Positions 36,069-48,979 of a DNA stretch of 64,000 bases are shown piece after piece. This stretch comes from Paraphysomonas bandaiensis. Lineage: Eukaryota > Protista > Chrysophyceae. The notes under the pieces were generated by a model that worked only from the letters and a program-made list of their open reading frames with translations, was not told the origin of the DNA and did not search any database. The translations under genes and the position numbers were made by a program. Every line of letters begins with the position of its first letter. Within the stretch, counting starts at the first letter, position 1. The DNA lies in NCBI GenBank assembly GCA_965644295.1, contig CBFFRP010000001.1, positions 1 through 64,000 on the forward strand, written 5' to 3'.

Positions 36069-38518
36069 CTAAAATGAAACCGGTATTTTCTCTCGCAAAT
36101 CATGAAGGAAAGAATAAATTCGTGATAATTCTTCAACAGTATGATGTTGGAGCAACATTTTCGGGTCTCGTAACAAATCAATGCAAGCCTTTCGAGCTTC
36201 TTCTGTGTCGTGACCATCATCTGGTGATTGAATACAATTGTTATCGCCATCATCAATAGAAAGGGCTGCTTGGTCGGAAACGTCTCTCATCGACAAGGCT
36301 AAGGACTCCCAGAGCTTCTGGTCATTGTCAGTTTTAAGTTTATCAATGGCACGTAGTGTATCAGCAATGCCATCCCGAATGGCCCCATACGTGACTTGGT
36401 CGCGTAGAGCATTAATCGAGCGTGTGTTTTCCTCCAATTGCGACCTCATAGTCGAAACGTTTCCTCTGAGTGAGGAAAGCTGAGAGCCAGAATACAGAAG
36501 AACTAATAAAGTTAGAACCCACACCAAAGGTAGTGTTATCTTCCACAGCAATTTGTCGTCCACAATAAAAGCTGTACCCTCGGGAGCTGGACTCTCTTGG
36601 ACAGTAGAAGAAGATTTTAATAACTCCACACTAGGAGGTTCAATCACAGGCTTTGTTGCCGTGATTGTACCATTTCTCTCATCTTGCTTTTCAGCTGACT
36701 GTTAAATAACACATTAAGAACACCGCAATGTACACTGCAATACACACATTTTTTATATGGACTAAAAACTTTTCAAGCCATTTTGTCACGTCGGGAATGG
36801 TGTTGCTCTCAATCATACGACGAAATATAGTTGACTTTATCCATTTGACCTCGAAGTTAGCCTCAACTACTATTTTTCTCGCAGCGACGGAACGAACCTA
36901 ACGAGTACCATTAAGTTCGATACATATCGGGCACCGTTAACTTACAACAACCATATCCTCAACAGTAAAGGTGTCAGCAGCAGGAACATCTTCCATACGT
37001 GTGGAGGAGCACACAATTAGTCCGACATTTCCAAACTTTCTGTATCGTTGAACCTGCACCAAATGAATATAGTGACTTCCAATGTATAGTGTTATTTACT
37101 TTCTTCGCCCGAGCATGTGTCAATCCCGGAAGGCTAACAGGCTTCAAAAAGCGTAACTCCCGCCCAGCACCAAGAGCAGTGCTGTCATCTTCCCAACTAC
37201 TGGCCATAACATCCTTATCTTGTGTTGCTTCGTGATAACTGTTTCAAAAATTCACCCATGCAATCACAGCTTGTTGGTTCACCCTTACCACTTATAGCTA
37301 CACGGTGCGTCATCAATAACAAACATCTGAGCAAACTCTTCAACTGAGATATTGACTTCAACGGGTGCGATCCGAATCTTCAGCTTTGACTTCGCCAGTT
37401 CTTTTTCGAATGCATCATTTAAGTCCACTGTTGTAGGTGCTCGCTTTCGGTCGAATTCTTCCCGGCCAGATTCTAGTTAATACATGCATGTACTTATTCA
37501 CAAGGCACAAAGTACACACTCACTACCAAACCTGTATCTTCCTCAGTATCGTCTAAATCCTTTCTCTGAGTATTATTCTTAGTAGAAGAACTTCCCTGAT
37601 CACTCTGTGGGGGTGGAGTTGCAGGCACTTTGGCCAGTTCATGTGTTTGCTTGTCAACTTGGCAATTGTTCCTATTTTCATTCTGCTGGACACACATTTC
37701 CGATGCTGAATGTGTTGAATCACCAACCGGGCCGACTGCACGCTCTGTACTAGAAGCAGTTTCACTGGGCGTTGTAGTCATGGCTTCCGTATCATGAATT
37801 GAGGCGTCAGTGTCGACTGTGTCAATTCCCTTGTGCTTATTCACCAAATCTTTCAACATTTTGAAGCACTCATCACGATCCCAAAATGAACGAAAAATGT
37901 ATTCTTTACGGAACGTTGTAATCGCAATTGCGTTAGGGATAACAAGTGCTAATACAAACAAACCGGACATGTGTTACCACAAAATAAATATATAATAGAA
38001 AACTACCTGTTTTCTCTTTGGTGATGAGTGATATATGAGAATAAGGAATTCGGATCTAGCTAATATTAAACTTCATTCATAGTAGGGTCGGCAAGTACCT
38101 TTTTTTCAAGTCCGAATAAATTGGAATAGAAGCAAAGAAACCTGTCCGTAACGTACATTCTACCTGATTTGCACAACAATTAAGAGTATCAGAGCAGACT
38201 GCACTGAGACTGTGAGGCATACCGTGAAGGAGTATGTTGCTCTCAACCGCACACGAAAAATCTAGAGCCAGTCAGTCAATCCCCCGACAATGAGAGCAGA
38301 GGCAGATGAGCGCACCTGTTATAATCTCCCCCACATCCCCGAAGAGCTGCTTGACGATCTCTTCTCGATAAGCCAGATCCGACCCTGTGGAGGGCTGCAC
38401 AACACACGAATCAAACGACTGACATGCGGACACATACAACGACCAGCGGCATAACGCAACACACACACAACAAGAAGACAACCCATACCTCCACTTCAGA
38501 TTGATTCAAGTCTCCCAT
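36069..38518 (-). CDS. GRAM + VASt (StARkin) + TM sterol-transfer protein (GRAMD1/LAM/VAD1-like), multi-exon
   Basis: Spliced GRAM DFSCAVESNILLHGRMYVT..CFYSNLFG..IPNAIAI..YIFRSFWDRD; VASt RELRFLKP..DVPAADTFTVED; C-terminal TM LVWVLTLLVLLY plus coiled coil. Confidence 0.88.
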
Positions 38519-38620
38519 GACGATAACTGAACTTAATGAGGTCGCTTCCGGGCGAGATGAGCGAGTAGATTGTACGCATACCCACTCGTGTATATCTATC
38601 CATGTATATGCACATACAGC

Positions 38621-39051
38621 ATGTATGTATGTATGTATGTATGTATGTATGTATGTATGTATGTATGTATGTATGTATGTATGTATGTATGTATGTATGT
38701 ATGTATGTATGTATGTATGTATGTATGTATGTATGTATGTATGTATGTATGTATGTATGTATGTATGTATGTATGTATGTATGTATGTATGTATGTATGT
38801 ATGTATGTATGTATGTATGTATGTATGTATGTATGTATGTATGTATGTATGTATGTATGTATGTATGTATGTATGTATGTATGTATGTATGTATGTATGT
38901 ATGTATGTATGTATGTATGTATGTATGTATGTATGTATGTATGTATGTATGTATGTATGTATGTATGTATGTATGTATGTATGTATGTATGTATGTATGT
39001 ATGTATGTATGTATGTATGTATGTATGTATGTATATATGTATGTATGTATG

Positions 39052-39085
<34 letters not shown>

Positions 39086-39970
39086 TGTATGTATGTATGT
39101 ATGTATGTATGTATGTATGTATGTATGTATGTATGTATGTATGTATGTATGTATGTATGTATGTATGTATGTATGTATGTATGTATGTATGTATGTATGT
39201 ATGTATGTATGTATGTATGTATGTATGTATGTATGTATGTATGTATGTATGTATGTATGTATGTATGTATGTATGTATGTATGTATGTATGTATGTATGT
39301 ATGTATGTATGTATGTATGTATGTATGTATGTATGTATGTATGTATGTATGTATGTATGTATGTATGTATGTATGTATGTATGTATGTATGTATGTATGT
39401 ATGTATGTATGTATGTATGTATGTATGTATGTATGTATGTATGTATGTATGTATGTATGTATGTATGTATGTATGTATGTATGTATGTATGTATGTATGT
39501 ATGTATGTATGTATGTATGTATGTATGTATGTATGTATGTATGTATGTATGTATGTATGTATGTATGTATGTATGTATGTATGTATGTATGTATGTATGT
39601 ATGTATGTATGTATGTATGTATGTATGTATGTATGTATGTATGTATGTATGTATGTATGTATGTATGTATGTATGTATGTATGTATGTATGTATGTATGT
39701 ATGTATGTATGTATGTATGTATGTATGTATGTATGTATGTATGTATGTATGTATGTATGTATGTATGTATGTATGTATGTATGTATGTATGTATGTATGT
39801 ATGTATGTATGTATGTATGTATGTATGTATGTATGTATGTATGTATGTATGTATGTATGTATGTATGTATGTATGTATGTATGTATGTATGTATGTATGT
39901 ATGTATGTATGTATGTATGTATGTATGTATGTATGTATGTATGTATGTATGTATGTATGTATGTATATGT
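38621..39970. repeat. (ATGT)n microsatellite, ~1.35 kb
   Basis: Nearly perfect array; two G>A interruptions near 39035-39057. Confidence 0.99.
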
Positions 39971-40172
39971 AGGTAGGTATGCGGAGTGTATCTACTTCAG
40001 TGATGTGCTCTTGTGTTGTGTGTGTATATGCATCTGTAGATTTGTTTGGTAATGTATATATAGTCGTCAAACTAGTCAGCTAAGCAGTAAAGTGTAGTGT
40101 GCGATATCTCCTCATGATATCTCTGTGTGTGTTCTCTCTCCTGTGACTCTCGCTCTGTATATGTATATATAT

Positions 40173-43100
40173 ATGAACTGGACGAGTCTCTTCATTTGTG
40201 TCTGTATCAGCACATATGTATGCACGTATGCCTCTGTATCTCTTCCCTCCGCCCCCATTAAGATGGATCTCTACTCTCGGCAGCTAATGGTGTACGGTCT
40301 ATCGGCTCATGAGCGTATGCAGAGGTCTCATATGGCTGTTGTGGGATCAGGGTATCTGCTGCTGGTGAGGATTATTTTGTAGGACTTATATGTGTATATA
40401 CATACAGATTATTAGCAGCTGAGGTCGCTAAGAACCTTGCATTGGCGGGTGTTGGTGAACTAACACTTGTGGGGATGCCCAGTCATCGTCTGGAGTTTCT
40501 TCAGACTCTCAACTCGTACGTAAAGGTTGGACTGTAGCTGCTTAGAAGAGCTGTTAGTTATGCTTATACCATGCACAGATTTCAACCTCATCTATCGACG
40601 AATTGGACAGTTCTGTTCAAACATTAGTTACTGCGGGGTGCTCGTTAGAGGAAATGCAACGCCTAAATGAATTTTGTCGAAGTAAATCGATAAAAATGAT
40701 ATGTGGCGAGGTCCGCGGTGTCTGTGGACTCGTGTGTTGTGATATGCTTAATGAACACAGAGTATACCCTCCAGAAAATGACGAGGTTGCATGATATTAC
40801 TATTTCATATTTGCACGTGATAGTAATTGGACAGGTGGATGTGGCAGTTGCTAATAAGGAACAAGTCGATGGTAGAGTAGTTATTACTGCCAAGTGCTCA
40901 GAGGAGGACCGGTTTTCATGTAGTACCGGCGATATTGTGGAATTGGTTTCAGCAGGGACCCGTCCATTTCGACTTCGCGTTTTAGAAGTATATCCACGCA
41001 TCTTTAGTTTGATTTGTGTGCTTATTGATGTGAGAATAGGTTCTGACTGAACAGTCTCTTCGTTTAGTTGCGGTGCCAAGCAACGACGATGAAAATCACG
41101 ACTCCGTGGACCACACTATATTCTCACACGATAATCCTGTTACATCACGATTATACCTGAGAAAGGTGAATGAATAAAGTTGTGTTGCACCATTAACTTC
41201 CCCCAGGTGTCGCACCCTGTGGAAGTAAATCACCTATCATTAAGGGATATCTTCATGAAGCCGAAATTCGCTCCCATCAATGCATGCTTGAATAAAGCAA
41301 CCAATTCTTTAATGAATAGTCTGCTTCTTGCTGCATTTCTTGTCTCTGATAAAACCTATGCGCTCAATGAGAGCGATGATTGGGAAAAGGAAGTACAACA
41401 CCGATTGCAAACCATGGAGATTGACCCTTTGTCGGACCACGTTGGCGGAAGCAGTAAGCCGCCTTTTGTGAGATCATTTTTGAGACGCATGAAGCCGTCC
41501 TTTGTAAGATCACGGGAGGGAAGGTTCTTAGAATGCCCAGCCACTGTGTCGGTAATTGGCGCCCTGACTTCCCAGGAAGCAATTAAAAGCGTAGCTTCAT
41601 CCCATATGCCCCTCAACCAGATGATCCTGTTTGAAGCACTAGATGTGCTTCCGACAGACATCGAAAGAAGGTCCAGCACAGTGTCACCTGAACAGGAAAT
41701 TGATATGTTGGCTCTATCTGGCGACGTTGCAGGAATCAACCAGCTCTTTGGGGGTTCTTTGAGTCAGCACTTAAGGAAATCTAAACTATTTATTGTTGGA
41801 GCAGGTGCAGTGGGAAGTGAGGTCCTCAAAATTCTAGCGCAATATGGTATAGGCACAAACAGTGCTGAACACAATGACACGGAAAGTGGGCGTATCTTGC
41901 TTGCGGACCCTGATCATATCGAACGCAGTAACCTCAATCGACAGCTGTTGTTTCGGTACATCTCATGTTATTTCATTTACGGTGCACTAATTTCGTTCGT
42001 AGTGAACGAAATATCGGTGTGAATAAAGCGCTAGTAGCTGCAGAAACAATACTACGTACAGTAAATAGAAACTCAAGTATTATCTCTTACGCACTAGGGG
42101 TAGATAAGAGCACTGAAAACGTGTTTACATCAGAATTATGGAGCGATATTGATGCCGTTGTCATGGCCTTGGTACGTTATACAACTCTATATTGTTGCCT
42201 AGTAACTTTACTCCTACAGGATAATGTTGAGGCGAGGAGATATGTAGATGGACAGTGCGTGTTGCACTCGAAAAGTGCAGTAGATGTTGGTACGTCAGGT
42301 TTGAAGGGTCATACACAGGTATCGGACTTTAAACTAGTGCGACATAAGGATTATTTATGATGAAATCACATAGGTTATCATTCCCCACTTAACGGAGTCC
42401 TACTCTTCATTCGATGATCCACCAGACCCATCTGTTCCAGTATGTACCGTTAAAAGCTTTCCTTATAAGGTGGCGTGTAATTGCAGACGTACTATTACAC
42501 TTATGTTTGTGTTGTTAATGTCGTAGCCTGAGCATTGTGTGGTGTGGTCCAAAACACTGTATGATGAAGTCTTTGTCTCGTATATTGAAAGACTGGCAGA
42601 ATTAATGGATGATGTCATTGCCTGCACTTTGGCCCTTGAAGCCAGCGCGGACCACGTACCGATGGCTGTTGTTGCAGATAATATAGTAAGAAATATTACT
42701 GCTCTCAGTGGAACGAAATTGTCTATGCTGGAGGACATTCTCGCTCCACCCTCTGTCGGGTTTGTTGTACAGAAAGCTATTTCTAGCTTTAATCGCATTT
42801 ATTACGATGATGTTAAGCAGTTAATAGACTCCTACCCTATTAACACCACCGAAGAGGGTGATATACCTGGCGAACAGAAGCTCTTTTGGCAGAGTGACTT
42901 TCGGAGATATCCAGTTCATGTTCAGAAGTATGATGATAGGAACGCCCGTCATGTTGAGTATGTTTTTCGCTACACTGATTTGATGTGCCGAGCTCTTGGC
43001 ATTGGGACTAGTCCTACTAATATACGAAAAGCCATTGCGGAAGCAACTTCATTCTCCACTTCACTAAATAATGACAACAGGAGTGCTTCACATCCTCTTA

Positions 43101-44280
43101 ATACAACAGAGGTTACGGTACAGAAACTGCACGAGTACTTATCCAGTCTTGCGACGCTTTGGAGCGATACGCCTACATACACAGGAGATGCATCCCCAGT
43201 AAAAATATTTAGAGAGAGACTACAGAATGAGAAGATGGATCTTAGGGTTCAAAAGTTTGAAAAGGTGTGCATTTCAACTACAACTCTCCCTTGCTTTGAT
43301 GCATGGCGTATGAAATAATAGGATTCATTTGACCTGGGTCATGTCGATTTTTGTACTGTTGCAGCCCAGCTAAGGTGATATTACCTCACTTCACTATCAT
43401 GTAGTAATGTCATTGGTATGCAGGTGCCAAGTGTTTGGAATCAGAGACGTAGATCGTTTGACGGTGCATAGAATAGTGGGAAATATCGTACCAGCTGTTG
43501 CCACTACAACGGCACTAGTGGCTGGCCTAACTGTATTGGAGCTTATCAAGTTGTTGAGAAGATCCGCGCCAGAAAGTGTCAACGTCGGCCGGACAGAATA
43601 TTTTGACGCCAAGCGATCTAGTTTACGACGCCCCTGGAACTGGGTCCGGTCACGAATTAGACCATCACACGACAATATCGTGAGGAATAAGAACAATAAG
43701 CATCACATAAAATTACCATACTATAGAAATTCATACATTAATTTACAAGGCCCTGAGTTGTCATTTTTTGAACCTGTCAAGGCGACAGCTTGGCCTTTTC
43801 CGGGCTCCGACAATCGTGACGACGCCACCTATACCCTATGGGACGTGATTGAGGTATGTCGTCTCGAAAGCTTTCTGTAATTTGTATTCCCTAAGTTGAT
43901 TATAGATGGAGTGCACCGCGGAAGATATTACAATAGCGGGTTTACAAGAACTATTACTTCATGAATTTGGCGTTCGTGTAGTGTCTGTATCTTGTGATGA
44001 CACCTATATTTACTCAGATATTTCTTCAGATTTAGACGAAAGAGATATATCCATCTACGAGGCTGTAGAACGGGCGGAGCAGAAGAGAGCCTGCACAACA
44101 TCTCTTCTCGCTCCCCATCAGAAATTTTTATCTCTAACTGTTGACTGCGAGTATCTCAATGGTACAGCAGCTTCACTACCATTGGTGCGCATTCCACTTG
44201 TCGATTCGTCGTCTACATCTTATGATGATGATAGCAGTCTGCGGAATGTATTTAATAGAATTCTGAGTAGATTTTTTTGA
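40173..44280 (+). CDS. UBA1: Divergent ubiquitin-activating enzyme E1 (UBA1-like), multi-exon, possible N-terminal signal peptide
   Basis: DLYSRQL.VYG; [12 protein letters not shown]; SQEAIK; [15 protein letters not shown]; [17 protein letters not shown]; [12 protein letters not shown]; [10 protein letters not shown]; catalytic [11 protein letters not shown]; [12 protein letters not shown]. Confidence 0.9.
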
Positions 44281-44650
44281 TGCTAAGGCAATGCACGAAC
44301 TGTAAATAAGAATTTAGCGATCTTGAAGACATGATAAATAGGCTTCTCAACTGTTTGTATGTCTAGAAGAAGAGAAATCGAGCAGTTGCGTGTTTGTCGC
44401 TTTCCCACTGTATGGCTATAGTGCAGGCTTGCTAGTACACCGCACATAAAAGTCTAATATATGGCTATATGTCGCCCACGCGCTTACTATCTTGACAGTC
44501 CATATATATGACATGCAAATTCTGTGAGAGCCACTCTACCAACCAACCCGTGTTAGCTTCACTACAACAGGCACACCTTCGGAATAGAGCAAGATTTTTA
44601 AAATTTACTAGAATTATTTGTTTGATAATCTTGAAATAGAAACAAGAAGT

Positions 44651-44990
44651 GTGAAAGTCTTATTATTAGCAGTAGGCGTCGAGAACCAACACCAGATAGT
44701 AAGTAGTTAGATGAAGACTAGTCAAGCTAGATCAACCCCTACCTGTAACTAACTAGCACAAATTCTCATATATCCTACTTTGTAACTTTACATAAGCTGT
44801 TTGCGCGTCGCTGCAAGCACCAAGGTGCAACAACTTCCTTTCTTGTATGAGGGAGATGCTCTCTGTGGACGTTAGTCCTTGATATACAGAAGGATCAGTT
44901 AGGGGGACCTTAGGGTAGGGCTCCTCAGGACTTTGTGGATGAGGATTCTGTATCAGTGAGTCAAGTGTTCTTCACCCAGTTATATTAGTT
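44651..44990 (-). mobile_element. Decayed LINE 3' end (same subfamily as 34960-35904)
   Basis: Reverse complement has ccctaccctaagg...caaggactaacgtccacagagagcatctccctcatacaagaa followed by the shared core and tail. Confidence 0.75.
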
Positions 44991-45109
44991 AGTCTATGGA
45001 TGATGTAAAACTAGTTTCTGTACACGACCGTTCTCATGTAATAATCAGACATTCTTATATGTACTATAGGTGGCAGTGACGCTCATATAGATAGTACCTA
45101 CAGGTAACA

Positions 45110-46517
45110 TATATAGTCAGCAGATATTTTCTGCCCACTTATAGCTTATAGCCTAATGCTTGTTTGGTACAAGAAGGACACTAATATAAGTGTCACTTGG
45201 AAAGACGCTTTTGAGCCCTGACGAATAAACAGGCTTCCGGGGTATTAGACTGCCTGCTGAAGTCATAGTGAATGTCTGATTATTTAGCAATAGGCGTTGA
45301 GACCTTGCATCAATTAGTGGCTAGAAGAATGCTAGTCATACTAGTTAGACCACTACCCGTAACTAATCAATACAAACTCTTTTATCCTACTATTTAACGC
45401 TACAGAAGCTGCTTGTGCGTCGCCGCAAGCACCAAGGTGCAACCACTTCCGTTCTTAGTGTGTGTTATGAGGCTCGCCATGATCGTGTGTCCTGGGACTC
45501 ACCGGCGCTATTGATCTGGGGGTCTCCCTTTGGGATGGGTCTCCATTGGTTTTGGAGGTGGCTCAGCGTTCTGAATTAGGGTCTTGAGTGCACCTAGTTC
45601 CAGATGTGTGGGTTGAGGGTGGTGGGGATTGTTGGGAGGAGGGGTAGGGTTTGTAGTCTGTGTTACTGTGCTCCTGTGGGGCCGCGGGTGTAGATAGAGT
45701 TGTCGAAGCCGTCGGCGTTGTGGAGGTCTGGGCAGTCCAGTGCTCTGTCGGGTAGGACCTGTGAGGTGTGCACGTGTGTCTGGAGTCGGATACGCTGTGG
45801 GGGGTCGTCGTTGGACCCCTAGTAAGCGAAGGACTCTCGGGCGTTGTCTTGACTGACTGCGTTTCGGACGGGGTCTCGGGAGTAGCCTGGGCGGCCTTTT
45901 GGACATGGTGATATAGCGACAACCGCGATCCTGTAACATAAGCTTCGCTGCAGTGTAAAGCGGTTGCAGGAGATTAATAACCGCTGTTTCTAGGTTCCGT
46001 AGACTGTGTGCCGTCAGGTGGTTGTGTATGGCATCTCCGAAGACCGTTTCCAGTTGGGCTGCTGTGATGGTTCCAGTCCAGTATCTCTCGACCTGTGGGA
46101 TGGAGGGATTCCAGGCTCTGCTGGAGAGTCTCCGTAGTGCAGATGTGATCCAGTTGGGTAAGGTCTGAGTTCTCTGTATTTCGTGGAGCACATTTTTATG
46201 CGATTGAAATGCAGTTTCCCTTATTTGGGTGATGGATTCGTGTGTGCAGTCGACTGTTAACCTTAAGGACTCCAATAAACCTGAAGTCAGCAGATGTTAG
46301 GTATATCAACATTCTGCTTGCTCACTGCGCTTAATATGATTGATAGAGCGAAAGTGGTTGCACCTTGATGCTTGCGGTGACGCACAAGCAGCTTTCGTAG
46401 TGTTAAGTATTAGGATATCAGACTTAAGCACTAGTTAGCTCGTTAGTTAAATTGTTTTGCTATATTATTTCTAACCCTCTTTTACACGCCTACTGCTAAT
46501 AATCAGACATTCACTAC
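45110..46517 (+). mobile_element. SINE-like family copy E, split by an antisense LINE (halves 45110-45265 and ~46254-46517)
   Basis: Left half ends ctgcctgctgaagtca and right half resumes ccttaaggactc; these blocks are adjacent in copies C and D. Confidence 0.85.
45266..46260 (-). mobile_element. 5'-truncated LINE (~1 kb): ORF C-terminus + 3' UTR
   Basis: Open frame LTVDCTHESITQIR (likely the tail of a CCHC zinc knuckle) to HPKGRPPDQ*. UTR matches 5385-5620. No RT domain is present in the window, so the clade cannot be assigned. Confidence 0.75.
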
Positions 46518-47638
46518 AAAAAACAAGCGTTTCAATGGTGCGTACTTAACAATACTCGACAACTGTTGCTTTAGTTGTGTAATATGCGTTACATACACAG
46601 GAACACAGTCATATGCGGTATATATGTTTGTTTTATTACTGATCGTACAGATGCACACACTGTACTGAAAAAAGTTAACTAGAAGAAAAAAACGTTTCAA
46701 AAAAGGCTGTATATCATGATAAGCGGCCACTTGCACGAAGGCTATGAAAAGATGATGCGAGATAGCAGATGTGCAGTGGCAGATATATATAAGTGTAGAG
46801 GGTCACTGCTACGACTATACACAGTGCACAGTGAGAGCCTGTTACTGTGTATACAGCTGTAGTCCAGTGAGAGAAAACTAAAACTGAAAACATTATCTGG
46901 GAGAGAGGTCCTCATTCATGTGACGCAGCGGTGCAGCTGCATTGAGTTTAATGAGATAGTTGACTCGATTGACCTTATGAGTCTTATTGCCTCTGTTGGT
47001 GTTGCTGTTAGTGTTGTAGGAGGTGGCCTTATGAGGCTTATATGGACCACTAGACGAATAGAGACGACGAAGAGGAGGAGGGTTGGAGGTTAGAGGGGTG
47101 GATGGACGGGGCATAGATTGCTTTGGAAGAATGAGACTGGAAGGTGGTCTGTTTTGTATATGTGTATATGGGCCTGGCTATGTGTGTACAGGTGTGTGTA
47201 TAGATGGGGGTGGGTGGAATAGAAGATCGAGAGCATATTTATGTGTGCAGAGTGCAGAGTGGAGTCCATAAAAGATTTTGATTGGTGGGTAAACCTCCGC
47301 TGCAATTTCCTGCGGAATGTTCTACAGGATCTCGAGGACGTCGTCTCATGTGGTGCTGTGAATCTGTCTGGAAAAAAATCGAGGTTTTCTGGTATATTCT
47401 GTTTTTTGATGATCAACCGATAACGAAAAAAGGGTGTTCTCTGCTTGATCGACTTCGAGATGCCCATATATGTATATACAGTATGTATTCGTAGTGTATA
47501 GTATATACAATATACAGCCTGTGTGCTATCGTATGTACATACTCTGCCGCACTCTGTCTGTCTGTGCGTGATGTGAGGGGAGGATATACATACCTAACAG
47601 ACAGATATGCTCGAGACTGCTATACATTCGGCATTAAT

Positions 47639-48979
47639 ATGATGAGATCAGTGTTGAAAGAGAGCCACAGGACATGTCTTCTATCGAGTCTACCGCATGA
47701 TATGTTGGTTCATATCGCGGGGTTCATCGGATCAGTTAGAGATGTGATGCAGCTAACAGCTCTGTGTGGATCGTTGAGACGCGTCCTCTCATCTGATGCG
47801 CATATATGGACACTCCTCTGCAGAGAATTGAATCTTGTGGAGACACTCAGAATGCCGAAAAAAAGATCCACTCGATTGAGTGTTAACACTAAACTGAACT
47901 TTAAGATATGCGCAGAGCGTAAATTGAAACTGATAAGTGACTCCAATCAGCTGTTGTTGAGTCGTTTCAAGCATTTGATTGATCGTTATAAACGTGACTG
48001 TCCCAAATCACTGGACCGTTTAATCCGTCGATACTTTCCCAATATGATTGGCTTTAATATTAATACACAATCGCATTTGCTTGAGGGTAATACTCTATTG
48101 AATTTATGTGCTCGGTATGGGCGCTATGCGTGCATTCAAATGCTACTTCGAATGGGTGCGAACACTGAGCTTTCAGATGTTGGAGGTTTTACTCCACTTA
48201 TAAACGCTGCATACCGAGGAGACCTTGAGATTGTCCAACTCCTTTTGAAACATGGAGCGAATATATCTGCCAAAGGATGTTTGCGTGGGGGCTCCCCTCA
48301 AGTAAGTCGTGCACACTGAGCATACAGTGCAAGAAATATGTGTAATCCCTCATATTTGTGTGGTGAGTACAGAATGCGGAGTACTGGGCAAGTCGCAGTA
48401 ACTACGCTTCTGCTGCGGAAGTTTTGCAGGTACCTCCTACTGATATGTGTGAACTTGTGTGGTGATTTGTGTACTCTAACGCTATAGTATCTGAGAGTCA
48501 TACGCTTGCGCATGGAAGGTGAAACACTGTCCTGCGCAGAGAAGTCAGCATCTTCTGTTACCTGTGAAAGCGAAGAACAGAAATCAATAGAAAAAACTAA
48601 TACTTCTCGAAAAGAGAGAATATGGAGAAGAAACTTTAAGGAAGAATCTCAGTACAAGGTGTGGCTACAGGAAGAAGATGATACGAGAAGGTTTGCTCTG
48701 TATCCCGCAGCAAAGAAGAAGTGGTGCGTCTGTGAGGACAGTGAGGTTTTATGAATTCTTTCCTTTTTCGTTTTTGTAACATGCGTTAATAAGGATGGCG
48801 ACTTCAGGCGTTGGATAGCATGCGACAGCACCACATGTAGAGTAGAGTGGTATCACTTTGAATGCGCTGGATTAAACCTCACTGATGAGGTATCTTTCAC
48901 CCTTACCTCACGTTTGGTTCATAAGTTGTCGATATTATAGGTTCCTAACGTATGGATTTGTCCACAATGTCGAAATTAG
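47639..48979 (+). CDS. F-box-like + ankyrin repeat + C-terminal PHD finger protein, multi-exon
   Basis: F-box-like LSSLPHDMLVHIAGFI; ankyrin GNTLLNLCARYG and GFTPLINAAYRGDLEIVQLLLKHGANI; spliced PHD WCVC..WIACDSTTCRVEWYHFECAGL..WICPQC*. Confidence 0.85.

Noticed and set aside
38496-40070. 450-520 aa ORFs (MYVC)n / (YIHT)n
   Set aside because: Artefacts of the (ATGT)n microsatellite.
46261-46275. Start 'MESLR' of ORF 45508..46275
   Set aside because: These codons come from the antisense SINE; the LINE is 5'-truncated.
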